A stretch of DNA of 32,000 nucleotides from an uncultured Erysipelotrichaceae bacterium (GTDB taxonomy: Bacteria > Bacillota_I > Bacilli_A > Erysipelotrichales > Erysipelotrichaceae). The position numbers and the translations under genes are program-made. Each line of letters opens with the position of its first letter. Position 1 is the first letter of the stretch. Where the stretch lies: the NCBI GenBank assembly GCA_942493105.1, contig OW818668.1, forward strand, positions 1,650,001 through 1,682,000. Reading direction: 5' to 3'. The notes beneath the pieces are model-generated. The model had not been told where the DNA came from and did no database searches. It saw only the letters and a program-made list of their open reading frames with translations. Below, in pieces: positions 1 to 7,475 of this stretch.

Positions 1-840
1 GTCAATTTCAACATCTTTTCCATTGACAGTTATTTTAGGTGACGCCAAATGACCCACATAAAGTTCAACGATCATATTCTCTTTGGCGCTTACAATCAAT
101 GTATAAGATTCACCCTTTTCATAGTATCGTCTGGCCGGATTAACAGAACTAATGCCATCCACTTTGGAACTCAACCAAGAAATACTATTGGGTAAATAAA
201 TAACGAAAGTTATTTCTTCATTGATGTTAAATCCAGAAATTTCATAATGGATTGTATCCATTTTAGTAATGGTAAATTCAATGGTTTCTATTGGTTCTTC
301 AGTATCTCCCGGATCTTCCTCGTGTACGATTGGATCTGGTACGACGATAACTTTGGGCGTGTTTGTTGATTTATTGATCATGGGTAAAACAGCTGAGACA
401 AATACATATATCAAAGCTAGCACAACCAATACACTGATAATGAACATAGAAATAAATCCAATGTCTGTTTGAATTTTTCTTTTGGATTTAGGACTGTTGT
501 TTTTTGAAGAGATTGGTTTTGATTTAGATTTGACTCTGCTTTTAACTCGAGCAGTCATTTCATCTTGTTCTTGGATTTTCTTTAAGGCTGCTGTTTGAGT
601 AAAAACATCCAAGGCAAGATCTAACACTTCTTTATAATCTTCAAAATTGAGATGCAAGGCATTAAAATAATATCTGATGTAGAACTTCACATAGGTCAAT
701 TCCTGATTAAAATAGGCAAGATTGCCTTCTTCGATGGCTTGTAGTTTTGCTACAGGTACTTTTGTTTTTTCGCTCATTTTAGGTAGAGAATAGCCTAATT
801 CTTCGCGGCGTGCTTTTAATATTTGTCCAATTTTTTCCAT
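1..840 (-). CDS. rodZ: RodZ-like cell-shape protein (XRE-type HTH, single TM, extracytoplasmic C-terminal domain); C-terminus lies beyond the window edge
   Basis: Minus-strand frame is open from ATG 840-838 to position 1. I checked every codon and found no stop; it is absent from the ORF track because it is truncated. My translation: MEKIGQILKARREELGYSLPKMSEKTKVPVAKLQAIEEGNLAYFNQELTYVKFYIRYYFNAL..., then a K/S-rich linker and the hydrophobic span IGFISMFIISVLVVLALIYVFVSAVL. The IEEGN...Y(V)K.YIR pattern and architecture are RodZ-like. Confidence 0.6.
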   Translation of the reverse strand, partial: MEKIGQILKARREELGYSLPKMSEKTKVPVAKLQAIEEGNLAYFNQELTYVKFYIRYYFNALHLNFEDYKEVLDLALDVFTQTAALKKIQEQDEMTARVKSRVKSKSKPISSKNNSPKSKRKIQTDIGFISMFIISVLVVLALIYVFVSAVLPMINKSTNTPKVIVVPDPIVHEEDPGDTEEPIETIEFTITKMDTIHYEISGFNINEEITFVIYLPNSISWLSSKVDGISSVNPARRYYEKGESYTLIVSAKENMIVELYVGHLASPKITVNGKDVEID

Positions 841-858
841 AAGTTTGTTATCTTATGA

Positions 859-888
859 ATTATAACAAATTATTAGGCACCATGACAA
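859..888 (-). promoter_or_regulatory. Putative sigma-A promoter of the rodZ-like gene
   Basis: Minus strand reads TTGTCA (888-883), 18-nt spacer, TGtTATAAT (-10 at 864-859). Only about 12 nt would remain as 5' UTR and it contains no SD. Confidence 0.4.
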
Positions 889-910
889 ACAAAAAGGAGC
901 GTTATGCTCC
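886..910 (-). terminator. Intrinsic terminator downstream of rnpB
   Basis: Minus strand reads GGAGC-AUAAC-GCUCC (910-896) followed by UUUUUGUUUG. Confidence 0.7.
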
Positions 911-914
911 TATT

Positions 915-1258
915 GTTTTAACATCTGGTAAGCCATGTTCTGTCCCGTTGCCGGGGGCAATCATTTATCTACATTGCTGTCTCTCGCAAACTTCATTTCG
1001 TTTTTGAAAGTTCCTCTACCAAATTTGAGTTTCTCGCTTAAGGGGTTTACCGCGTTCCAAACTCTGAGTTTCCTCAAAGCCTACGTTACTGTGGCACGTT
1101 ATGGGCTTCGACCATGGTTTTCACTTTAGGTGTCGGCTCCGCCGTCAGTTGCCTGCCTGGATTTATGGTTTCATCCAGCATAATCACTACAGGCATCTCA
1201 GCCTGTGCGAGCATGGACTTTCCTCTGGGGATTAGCCCAGCGATTGCCTTGATGTTAC
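915..1258 (-). ncRNA. rnpB: RNase P RNA, Bacillus-type (type B), about 344 nt
   Basis: The reverse complement contains GGCAAUCGCUGGGCUAAUCCCCAGAGGAAAGUCCAUGCUCGCACAGGCUGAGAUGCCUGUAGUG, then GUGCCACAGUAACG. It continues with GGAACGCGGUAAACCCCUUAAGCGAGAAACUCAAAUUUGGUAGAGGAAC and GGGACAGAACAUGGCUUACCAGAUGUUAA. These match the universal GAGGAAAGUCC and ACAGAAnnUGGCUUA elements and the B. subtilis core almost base for base. 5' UAACAUC (1257-1251) pairs with 3' GAUGUUA as P1. Ends are uncertain by about 5 nt. Confidence 0.95.
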
Positions 1259-1569
1259 TTTTTATAGACTTCTTGTTCGAGTTTAGACAAACGTCTTAAG
1301 ATGTCTGTTTGCTGAATCACGGGTGTATCAGACAAAACAGCATCTAAACGTCCTTGAAGTTCTATGATCTTATTTTGTAAGATACTGTTGCTGCGTTGCA
1401 GTTGATCGATCATACTCACATGAGCTGTGATCTGATGTTCGAAATTCTGATAATCATGAATGACTTCATCCAACAGGCTATCTACTTCGATTGTCGAGTA
1501 GCCTTTAAATTCAATGTTGAATTCTTTCTTGTAGATTTGTTCTGCAGTTAACTTTGGAAGATTGGCCAT
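1255..1569 (-). CDS. gpsB: Cell-cycle protein GpsB (DivIVA-domain protein)
   Basis: 104 aa. The N-terminus LTAEQIYKKEFNIEFKGYSTIEVDSLLDEVIHDYQNFE is the DivIVA/GpsB signature, followed by a coiled coil. SD GTGAGGT lies upstream. Position next to rnpB and divergent from recU-ponA matches Bacillus as I recall it. Confidence 0.9.
   Translation of the reverse strand: MANLPKLTAEQIYKKEFNIEFKGYSTIEVDSLLDEVIHDYQNFEHQITAHVSMIDQLQRSNSILQNKIIELQGRLDAVLSDTPVIQQTDILRRLSKLEQEVYKK
1261..1290 (-). promoter_or_regulatory. Putative rnpB promoter embedded in the last codons of gpsB
   Basis: Minus strand reads TTGTCT (1290-1285), 18-nt spacer, TATAAA (1266-1261). The predicted start falls at the 5' strand of rnpB P1. 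Confidence 0.4.
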
Positions 1570-1588
1570 ACAGTTACCTCACGCACTC

Positions 1589-1617
1589 ATTAAACCAAAA
1601 TCTAGACATTTTATCAA
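1589..1617 (-). promoter_or_regulatory. Putative gpsB promoter
   Basis: Minus strand reads TTGATA (1617-1612), 17-nt spacer, TTTAAT (1594-1589). Confidence 0.35.
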
Positions 1618-1686
1618 GCACTTAGGATAAAATGCAATTGGTAGAAACTAGGAGTAATATAGGGTATAATTGTGAAGGAGTTAAGA

Positions 1687-2250
1687 ATGATCGGATATCC
1701 AACAAAGAAAAAAGTAAATCAAGTCGTTAAAACAACTGAGTCAACAAAACGTGGAATGAGTCTTGAAGAAGACATAAATCAAAGCAATCAAGTTTTTCTT
1801 GACCGACAATTAGCGAACATCCACAAAAAACCAACTCCGATAACGATCGTTAAAGTGGACTATCCTTCTCGAAATAAAGCCAAAATAACTGAAGCTTATT
1901 TCAAAATCCCCTCCACAACAGACTATAATGGAGTTTACAAAGGTCGAGCAATTGACTTTGAAGCAAAGGAAACTGCCAATAAAACCTCTTTCGCACTTAG
2001 TAATATTCATCCCCATCAAATCAAACACATGCAGAGTGTTAAAGAACATGGTGGTATATGTTTCTTGATCTTACGATTTACATCATACAATGAAACTTAT
2101 TATTTAAGCATTGACAAACTTTCTGAGTTTATGAATAATCAAGTACGTAAGTCACTTCCTTACACTTGGGTCAAATTAAACGGACATGTCATTCCATACA
2201 ACTATTTAATTCCAGTTAATTACTTAGTGATTCTTGATAAATATCTTTAG
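1687..2250 (+). CDS. recU: Holliday-junction resolvase RecU
   Basis: The track ORF starts at GTG 1672. I prefer ATG 1687, which lies 6 nt after AGGAG (1676-1680). The protein (GMSLEEDINQSNQVFL..., DYNGVYKGRAIDFEAKET..., FLILRF) is RecU-like. Its stop overlaps the SD of ponA, as in the conserved recU-ponA operon. Confidence 0.9.
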   Translation: MIGYPTKKKVNQVVKTTESTKRGMSLEEDINQSNQVFLDRQLANIHKKPTPITIVKVDYPSRNKAKITEAYFKIPSTTDYNGVYKGRAIDFEAKETANKTSFALSNIHPHQIKHMQSVKEHGGICFLILRFTSYNETYYLSIDKLSEFMNNQVRKSLPYTWVKLNGHVIPYNYLIPVNYLVILDKYL

Positions 2251-2256
2251 GAGATA

Positions 2257-5214
2257 ATGATGACTAAAAAACAAAAAGCAAAAAAGTCTATTAAATTCAG
2301 TACCATCTTCTCATCTATCGTACTCTTTTTTATGGTTATGGCCTTGGTGGTTGCTGGAGCAGGATTCGCTTACATTTCAAGTGTTATTGCTAAAGCACCA
2401 GTAATAGATCCCATAGATTTTGAAAGTCCAGAAAGCACAAAAATATATGATAAAGATGGAGTGCTGATTTCAGATATTGGGCTTGAAAAACGAGATAACA
2501 TTACGTATGACGATTTACCTCAAAGCCTCATCGATGCTTTTTTATCCATTGAAGACTCCAGATTCTTCCAACACAATGGCTTTGATGTTCCTCGTTTTAT
2601 AAAAGTAACTCTAGAAACTCTGAAAAATCTAGACTTTGGAGCAGGTGGTTCTACACTTACTCAACAGCTCGTAAAAAATACGTACTATGGTTCTACTGAA
2701 CAAGTTGATGCCGAACGAAACTGGAAGGTAAAGCTCGATCGTAAGATCAGTGAAATCTATCTTTCATTAGAAGCTGAAAAAGTACTCTCAAAAGAAAGAA
2801 TATTAGAACTATATCTAAATAAGATCAACTTTGGGGTGCCTGCCAACAAACGTGGTGTTCAGACAGCATCACAATATTACTTTGGTAAAGACGTTTCAGA
2901 TTTAAGTTTGATCGAATGTGCTTTACTGGCTGGTGTCATCAATAAACCGTATTTATACAATCCAGTCAGAGATTTACAGTCCTCAATAGATAGAACTCAC
3001 AATGTCTTGGATTTGATGGTTTATCATGGTTATATTACCCCTGCTGAGCGAGATTTAGCCTATACTGTCAACATTGAAGACTTGATTGTCGGATCTTTAG
3101 CTGCAACAAACTCCATCCCTTATCAATCTTATGTGGATGTCGTTATTCAAGAAGTTATCAACATCACAGGACAAAATCCAGTCGATGTCCCAATGATTAT
3201 CTATACCAATATGGATCGTGATCTTCAAAATAAAGTGGAAGATATCCAAAATGGAACAGCGTTTGAATGGGTTAGCGATCGCTTACAGACTGGTATGATT
3301 ACCATCAATCAAAAAACTGGTGAAATATTGGCTATCGGTGGTGGACGTAACTATAATGGTGAGCGTTTGTTTAACCGTGCAACAGATATGTTTAGACAAC
3401 CAGGATCCACCATGAAGAGTATTCTTTCTTACCTATTGGCTTTTGAATATCTTGGTTGGTCTACCAAACATGTTCTAAGTGATGAACCCTATAGTTTCTC
3501 TACCGTCAATCCTGAAATGATCGTTGGCAATGTCAACGGGAAATACCAAGGTGATGTCCCGTTGGAATATGCTTTTGGTTGGTCTTTAAACATTCCTGCA
3601 ATCTTAACGTTGAAACAAGTCGTGAATGTCATCGGTAGTGCTGCTGTTGTACAACATTTGAACAGTATTGGATTTACGGATGTCAAATTAGGGACTGGAG
3701 CTATGTCATTTGACTTAGGTTATGCCATTGGCGGATCTACACTGAGTGTTTCTCCTTACCAGTTGGCAGCAGCCTATACCATACTTTTCAACTCTGGACA
3801 ATATGTACGTCCGCATACTGTCAGTCGTATTGAATTCTCTGATGGTTCTACACCATTGGAACCGACCTATGCCAAAACACAAATTGTTTCTGCAGAATCT
3901 GCTTATTTAGTAACACGTTTATTGAAGAATAACGTGGATGGAGAATATTTTAATAGTTACAAACTTCTTAGAAGAAATTATCCTACCTTCTTAAAATCCG
4001 GGACTTCCAATTGGGGAAAAGAAGGTGTGCAATATGGGATTCCTGATGGTTCATCTAAAGATGCATGGTTAGCTGCTGGGACGAGTGAGTATATTTCAGT
4101 GGTTTGGATGGGATTTGATAATGCGATCAAAGGTCAACTTTCCTACATAGACACCAACATTGCAAAAAGAAATTATCGAGAAAAGATACTAGGTTTGCTC
4201 ACGGATACTTTATATGAAAACAGAGATAAACCTGGTGATGTTGAAAAACCTGCTGGGGTTGTGAATATTACCCACGTCTTAGGTGTTTATCCTTATGTGT
4301 CTTATCTTCCAGATATGAATCCAGCTTTGGTTGTATCCGGTTTGATTAAAAAACAGTTTGCAAATATCCCGCAGCTTAAAGTTCCAGCTGTTTATAACCC
4401 AACCAGTATGACATTAGGATTGCAACATCAAGGCGGAATGAAGCATCTGACCGTTACGTTAAATGACTATCCTGATCCAGCTGCTTTGATCCTGGCGCCC
4501 AATACACGTAATATGACTCTTACCGTTAAGAATGTCACAATCAATGCCACAGGCGCTAAATTATTTGACTATTCATGGGTTTATGGTCCTGTTAAATATA
4601 CCGCCCGTATCAGTGTTGATGGGGTTACAGTAGATACGATCCAATCATCTGTTCCAATTATTGAAACGGATCTTAGTATAACGCCTTCGAATACTGTCAT
4701 TGTTTGCGGTTATTATGGCTATGAAAATGCCAGCGTGCATTCAACAGAAATATGCCAAACTCTGGATTTCAAGGATATGACCATCCAATCTCCTACTGTT
4801 CTTGAAGGTTCGACCATTGAGTCACTTGAAGAATGGTTCAGTATTAATGGCATTAGTGATTACTCAATTTCTTACCAATTACCACCTACGACACAACCTG
4901 CTAAATTGGGAACAATTGCTTCGATTACAAACTTAGTTCCCAATCAGACCTATACTTATGATCAGATTTCTGCACTACATTTTGATATCGTCGTCTATGA
5001 TCAAAACATTAATCTATATACAGAATTTATTGGAAAACCTTATGCTAGACCTGCCTACTTTGATTATCTGAATTTCATTGAACCAGCCGTTGGTGTAAAT
5101 GTTGATACGATAACCGTCAATTACTTCAATGTCACTGACATAAATTCAACATTCAAACTCAGTGATTTATATGATGCTGTTCAAGCCAATCCGGCACGTT
5201 TAAAATTTAACTAA
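2257..5214 (+). CDS. ponA: Class A penicillin-binding protein PBP1A (GT51 glycosyltransferase + transpeptidase) with a long C-terminal extension
   Basis: 985 aa with an N-terminal TM anchor. GT51 motifs: EDSRFFQHNGFD, GGSTLTQQLVKN, RKISEIYLSLEAE. Transpeptidase motifs: STMK (S384), SLN (443-445), KSG (580-582). SD AGGAG sits at 2249-2253; the alternative ATG at 2260 is better spaced. Confidence 0.95.
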   Translation: MMTKKQKAKKSIKFSTIFSSIVLFFMVMALVVAGAGFAYISSVIAKAPVIDPIDFESPESTKIYDKDGVLISDIGLEKRDNITYDDLPQSLIDAFLSIEDSRFFQHNGFDVPRFIKVTLETLKNLDFGAGGSTLTQQLVKNTYYGSTEQVDAERNWKVKLDRKISEIYLSLEAEKVLSKERILELYLNKINFGVPANKRGVQTASQYYFGKDVSDLSLIECALLAGVINKPYLYNPVRDLQSSIDRTHNVLDLMVYHGYITPAERDLAYTVNIEDLIVGSLAATNSIPYQSYVDVVIQEVINITGQNPVDVPMIIYTNMDRDLQNKVEDIQNGTAFEWVSDRLQTGMITINQKTGEILAIGGGRNYNGERLFNRATDMFRQPGSTMKSILSYLLAFEYLGWSTKHVLSDEPYSFSTVNPEMIVGNVNGKYQGDVPLEYAFGWSLNIPAILTLKQVVNVIGSAAVVQHLNSIGFTDVKLGTGAMSFDLGYAIGGSTLSVSPYQLAAAYTILFNSGQYVRPHTVSRIEFSDGSTPLEPTYAKTQIVSAESAYLVTRLLKNNVDGEYFNSYKLLRRNYPTFLKSGTSNWGKEGVQYGIPDGSSKDAWLAAGTSEYISVVWMGFDNAIKGQLSYIDTNIAKRNYREKILGLLTDTLYENRDKPGDVEKPAGVVNITHVLGVYPYVSYLPDMNPALVVSGLIKKQFANIPQLKVPAVYNPTSMTLGLQHQGGMKHLTVTLNDYPDPAALILAPNTRNMTLTVKNVTINATGAKLFDYSWVYGPVKYTARISVDGVTVDTIQSSVPIIETDLSITPSNTVIVCGYYGYENASVHSTEICQTLDFKDMTIQSPTVLEGSTIESLEEWFSINGISDYSISYQLPPTTQPAKLGTIASITNLVPNQTYTYDQISALHFDIVVYDQNINLYTEFIGKPYARPAYFDYLNFIEPAVGVNVDTITVNYFNVTDINSTFKLSDLYDAVQANPARLKFN

Positions 5215-5240
5215 AAAATGAACTTACGAGTTCATTTTTT
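5213..5240. terminator. Bidirectional intrinsic terminator between convergent ponA and nth
   Basis: AAAAAATGAAC (5213-5223), TTACGA loop, GTTCATTTTTT (5230-5240), with A/T runs on both sides. It overlaps the last codons and stop of nth. Confidence 0.8.
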
Positions 5241-5877
5241 TATATCTACATTCATCTTTAAGTAAACATTGATCACATTTGGGAGCTCTTGCGGTACAAT
5301 GATACCTTCCAAAAAATAACAATGCATGATGTGCGTTACCCCATTCATTTTCAGGCAAGGCTGCCTTTAAAACCATTTCTGTTTTTGTTGGATCAGAGTC
5401 AAGTTCTACCACACCATAACGTATTGAAACGCGTAATACATGAGTATCGACCGCCAAACCTGGCAAATTAAACCCTACAGATAAAATTACATTCGCCGAT
5501 TTGCGACCGATTCCAGGCAAACTTTTTAGGGTATCAAAATCATTGGGTATTTTTCCATCATATTTATCAACTAGGACTTGTGCAAGCTCGCGAAGATGCA
5601 TGGCTTTAGTTCGAAATAAGCCGATTGATTTAATGATATTCTCAAGACTACTTTGATCTGCTAAGGCCAAGCTTTTAGGATCAGGATATAATTCAAACAA
5701 TCGAGGAGTTACTTTGTTTACCGATGGATCTGTAGTTTGTGCACTTAGAATGACCGCAACCGTCAATTCATATACATTTCTAAAGTTTAATTCACAACCA
5801 GCATCTGGAAACATTTGTGATGCGATTGAAACCAGTTTTTTAATCTTTGTTGCGTTTGCCTTCGTTGAGTTGTTCAA
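5224..5877 (-). CDS. nth: Endonuclease III (DNA-(apurinic/apyrimidinic site) lyase)
   Basis: 217 aa. HhH-GPD motif LPGIGRKSANVIL and a C-terminal 4Fe-4S cluster motif C-x6-C-x2-C-x5-C (CTARAPKCDQCLLKDEC). The start at 5877 is a TTG inside the dnaD 3' end with no clear SD, so the start is uncertain. Confidence 0.9.
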   Translation of the reverse strand: MNNSTKANATKIKKLVSIASQMFPDAGCELNFRNVYELTVAVILSAQTTDPSVNKVTPRLFELYPDPKSLALADQSSLENIIKSIGLFRTKAMHLRELAQVLVDKYDGKIPNDFDTLKSLPGIGRKSANVILSVGFNLPGLAVDTHVLRVSIRYGVVELDSDPTKTEMVLKAALPENEWGNAHHALLFFGRYHCTARAPKCDQCLLKDECRYKKMNS

Positions 5878-6379
5878 TGGTGGTCTTATCTTTCTGCCAT
5901 TGGGCTAATATACGATCAATGTAGGTAAAATTTACTTTATTGTACATCAATGCTTCTCTTAAAGCATGAACCAAATAGGCTCGATCCATTCTAGATAACC
6001 AATCATTCAATTTATCAATTTCAGTTGAACTCAAAGTTCGTTTAAATTCTTTTTGGTATAAATCAATCAAATCCGAATCACTGGTCAAAATGGTCTTTTC
6101 TTCAAAAAGTCCATCTGTAAGATAATGTACATCTGCCCCATTAACTTGAATACTTAAGTACCCTTTTCGACTAAGTCCAGCCATCGCTTTATCAACTTTT
6201 TCAGAACTTAGGCCACAATGTTTTGAAAGTGATTCTAAACTTATAGGTCTTCCACAATCATTGAAATGCACCAGTTGTAAAATAACTAAAGCTTCTTCAG
6301 CATTTAGTTTATATTGATCAAGATGATCTAAGACCCAAATTCTTCGGTCAATATATGCTGCTTCATACCATTTACTCAT
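5840..6379 (-). CDS. dnaD: Replication initiation/primosome protein DnaD
   Basis: DnaD-like domain with the C-terminal YIDRILAQWQKD motif (YxxxIxxxW). I prefer ATG 6379 (MSKWYEAAY...), which is preceded by GAAGGTGGA, over the track start at 6418. dnaD-nth adjacency matches Bacillus. Confidence 0.85.
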   Translation of the reverse strand: MSKWYEAAYIDRRIWVLDHLDQYKLNAEEALVILQLVHFNDCGRPISLESLSKHCGLSSEKVDKAMAGLSRKGYLSIQVNGADVHYLTDGLFEEKTILTSDSDLIDLYQKEFKRTLSSTEIDKLNDWLSRMDRAYLVHALREALMYNKVNFTYIDRILAQWQKDKTTIEQLNEGKRNKD

Positions 6380-6848
6380 ATTTTTTATCCACCTTCCATA
6401 GGATTGAATAATCATCAAAATTCAAAAGCCATTCCTGCGTTAATGTATTCACCCAATAAACACTTTTATTTTTATATAATGTTAAGCTTATCTCAGCTTG
6501 TTTTATGCCGGTTATGCGCTCAAACGTATTAAGGGCATCTTGATACTTTACAGAAGCAGCACTCATTCTTCCTAAAAGTTTTAAACTTTCATCAAAATGT
6601 ATAATTTGTTCAAGTTCACCTGTTCGACTACATTTTACACTAATTACTTTTTGTACAATGGTAACTTCTGAAATCCATTCACATTGATCAAACATAAATA
6701 CTGTTTCAGCCCTAGAGACAAAGTCTTCTTTTCTTTTTTGATCATAAACCTTAACCGCACTAACATGATAGAAAAGAATCGATAAGACCAAAAGAACGCA
6801 AACAAAAACAAGGAGTAGTGTTGTAGAAACTTTTTTGAACCGGTACAT
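6372..6848 (-). CDS. Signal-anchored PepSY-like protein (YpmB-like)
   Basis: 158 aa with one N-terminal TM helix (TTLLLVFVCVLLVLSILFY). The C-terminal half (YQDALNTFERITGIKQAEISLTLYKNKSVYWVNT...LLNFDDYSILWK) fits the PepSY pattern. Position upstream of dnaD resembles ypmB. Family assignment is by pattern only. Confidence 0.5.
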   Translation of the reverse strand: MYRFKKVSTTLLLVFVCVLLVLSILFYHVSAVKVYDQKRKEDFVSRAETVFMFDQCEWISEVTIVQKVISVKCSRTGELEQIIHFDESLKLLGRMSAASVKYQDALNTFERITGIKQAEISLTLYKNKSVYWVNTLTQEWLLNFDDYSILWKVDKKYE

Positions 6849-6854
6849 GATAAC

Positions 6855-6883
6855 ATCTTATCAAAGCATTCTCATATTGAAAA
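6855..6883 (-). promoter_or_regulatory. Putative promoter of the ypmB-like/dnaD/nth operon (possibly leaderless)
   Basis: Minus strand reads TTTTCA (6883-6878), 17-nt spacer, TGaTAAGAT (-10 at 6860-6855). The ATG at 6848 lies only 6 nt after the -10 and there is no SD. Confidence 0.35.
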
Positions 6884-6929
6884 TACATTTCGCCAAATAA
6901 TCGCTAAAGACAATCTTTAAATCCAAGAA

Positions 6930-6958
6930 CTGACAAAAAAGATGCTTTGTGTTATGAT
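6930..6958 (+). promoter_or_regulatory. Putative promoter of the thioredoxin-fold gene (possibly leaderless)
   Basis: CTGACA (6930-6935), 17-nt spacer, TGtTATGAT (-10 at 6953-6958). ATG 6966 lies 7 nt after the -10 and there is no SD. Confidence 0.4.
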
Positions 6959-6965
6959 AATTCGG

Positions 6966-7475
6966 ATGAAAAGTAGAAAATTTAAACTGCGTCGAATCTT
7001 GATACCTCTAGCCATTTTTGGTTTTTTTGTAGGATTATATGTCTTCTTTTCAGCTAAGAAGCAAGAAGTAATCTATTTTAAAGCTCCTAATATTGTTCAT
7101 ATTGCCTTCAAAGATTTGGTAACTAAAATGGATGCAAATAAAGTTGCTTATTTCTTTTGTACAGAAAGCAATGTTGACTGTAGATATATCGACAAAGAAA
7201 TCTTAGATTTCTTATTAATTGATGCTAATGTTGAACGTTTCGACAACATTATTCTGGTTGATACAGAAACTATGGATGAATCTATACTTCCGTCTGTTTT
7301 ACAAAAACGTTTTGGATTCAGTGATGTACCTGCATTTGCGATATTGTCCTATGAAAACGGAGAAATCATTATCCATAGCGTTATCCAATGGACCAATACA
7401 AATCCTTTCACGGCATTTGATTTAAAAGAATGGATGAAACAAAATAAGCTTTGGTTAAAGGAATATACGAATTGA
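6966..7475 (+). CDS. Membrane-anchored thioredoxin-fold-like protein with a degenerate active site, function unknown
   Basis: The track ORF starts at 6942; I prefer MKSRKFKLRR... at 6966. One TM helix (ILIPLAIFGFFVGLYVFF). A C-x6-C sequence (FCTESNVDC) sits where a Trx CxxC would be. FGFSDVPAFAILSYENGEII resembles the Trx cis-Pro loop and following strand. Pattern-level call only. Confidence 0.45.
   Translation: MKSRKFKLRRILIPLAIFGFFVGLYVFFSAKKQEVIYFKAPNIVHIAFKDLVTKMDANKVAYFFCTESNVDCRYIDKEILDFLLIDANVERFDNIILVDTETMDESILPSVLQKRFGFSDVPAFAILSYENGEIIIHSVIQWTNTNPFTAFDLKEWMKQNKLWLKEYTN

Noticed and set aside
935-1299. Two plus-strand ORF-track entries (64 aa at 935-1129, 61 aa at 1114-1299)
   Set aside because: They lie entirely antisense to the confidently identified RNase P RNA and the gpsB 3' end. 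They have no SD and their composition is driven by the structured RNA, so they are spurious.
1665-1670. TATAAT hexamer upstream of recU as its promoter
   Set aside because: A start site 7 nt downstream would fall inside the recU SD (AGGAG, 1676-1680), and the -35 is poor (TAGAAA). It is plausible but not supportable, so I did not list it as a feature.
6385-6393. DnaA-box-like TTATCCACC near the dnaD start
   Set aside because: It is a single 8/9 match with no cluster of boxes or AT-rich unwinding element. On the coding strand it is simply the reverse complement of the dnaD SD region (GGTGGATAA).
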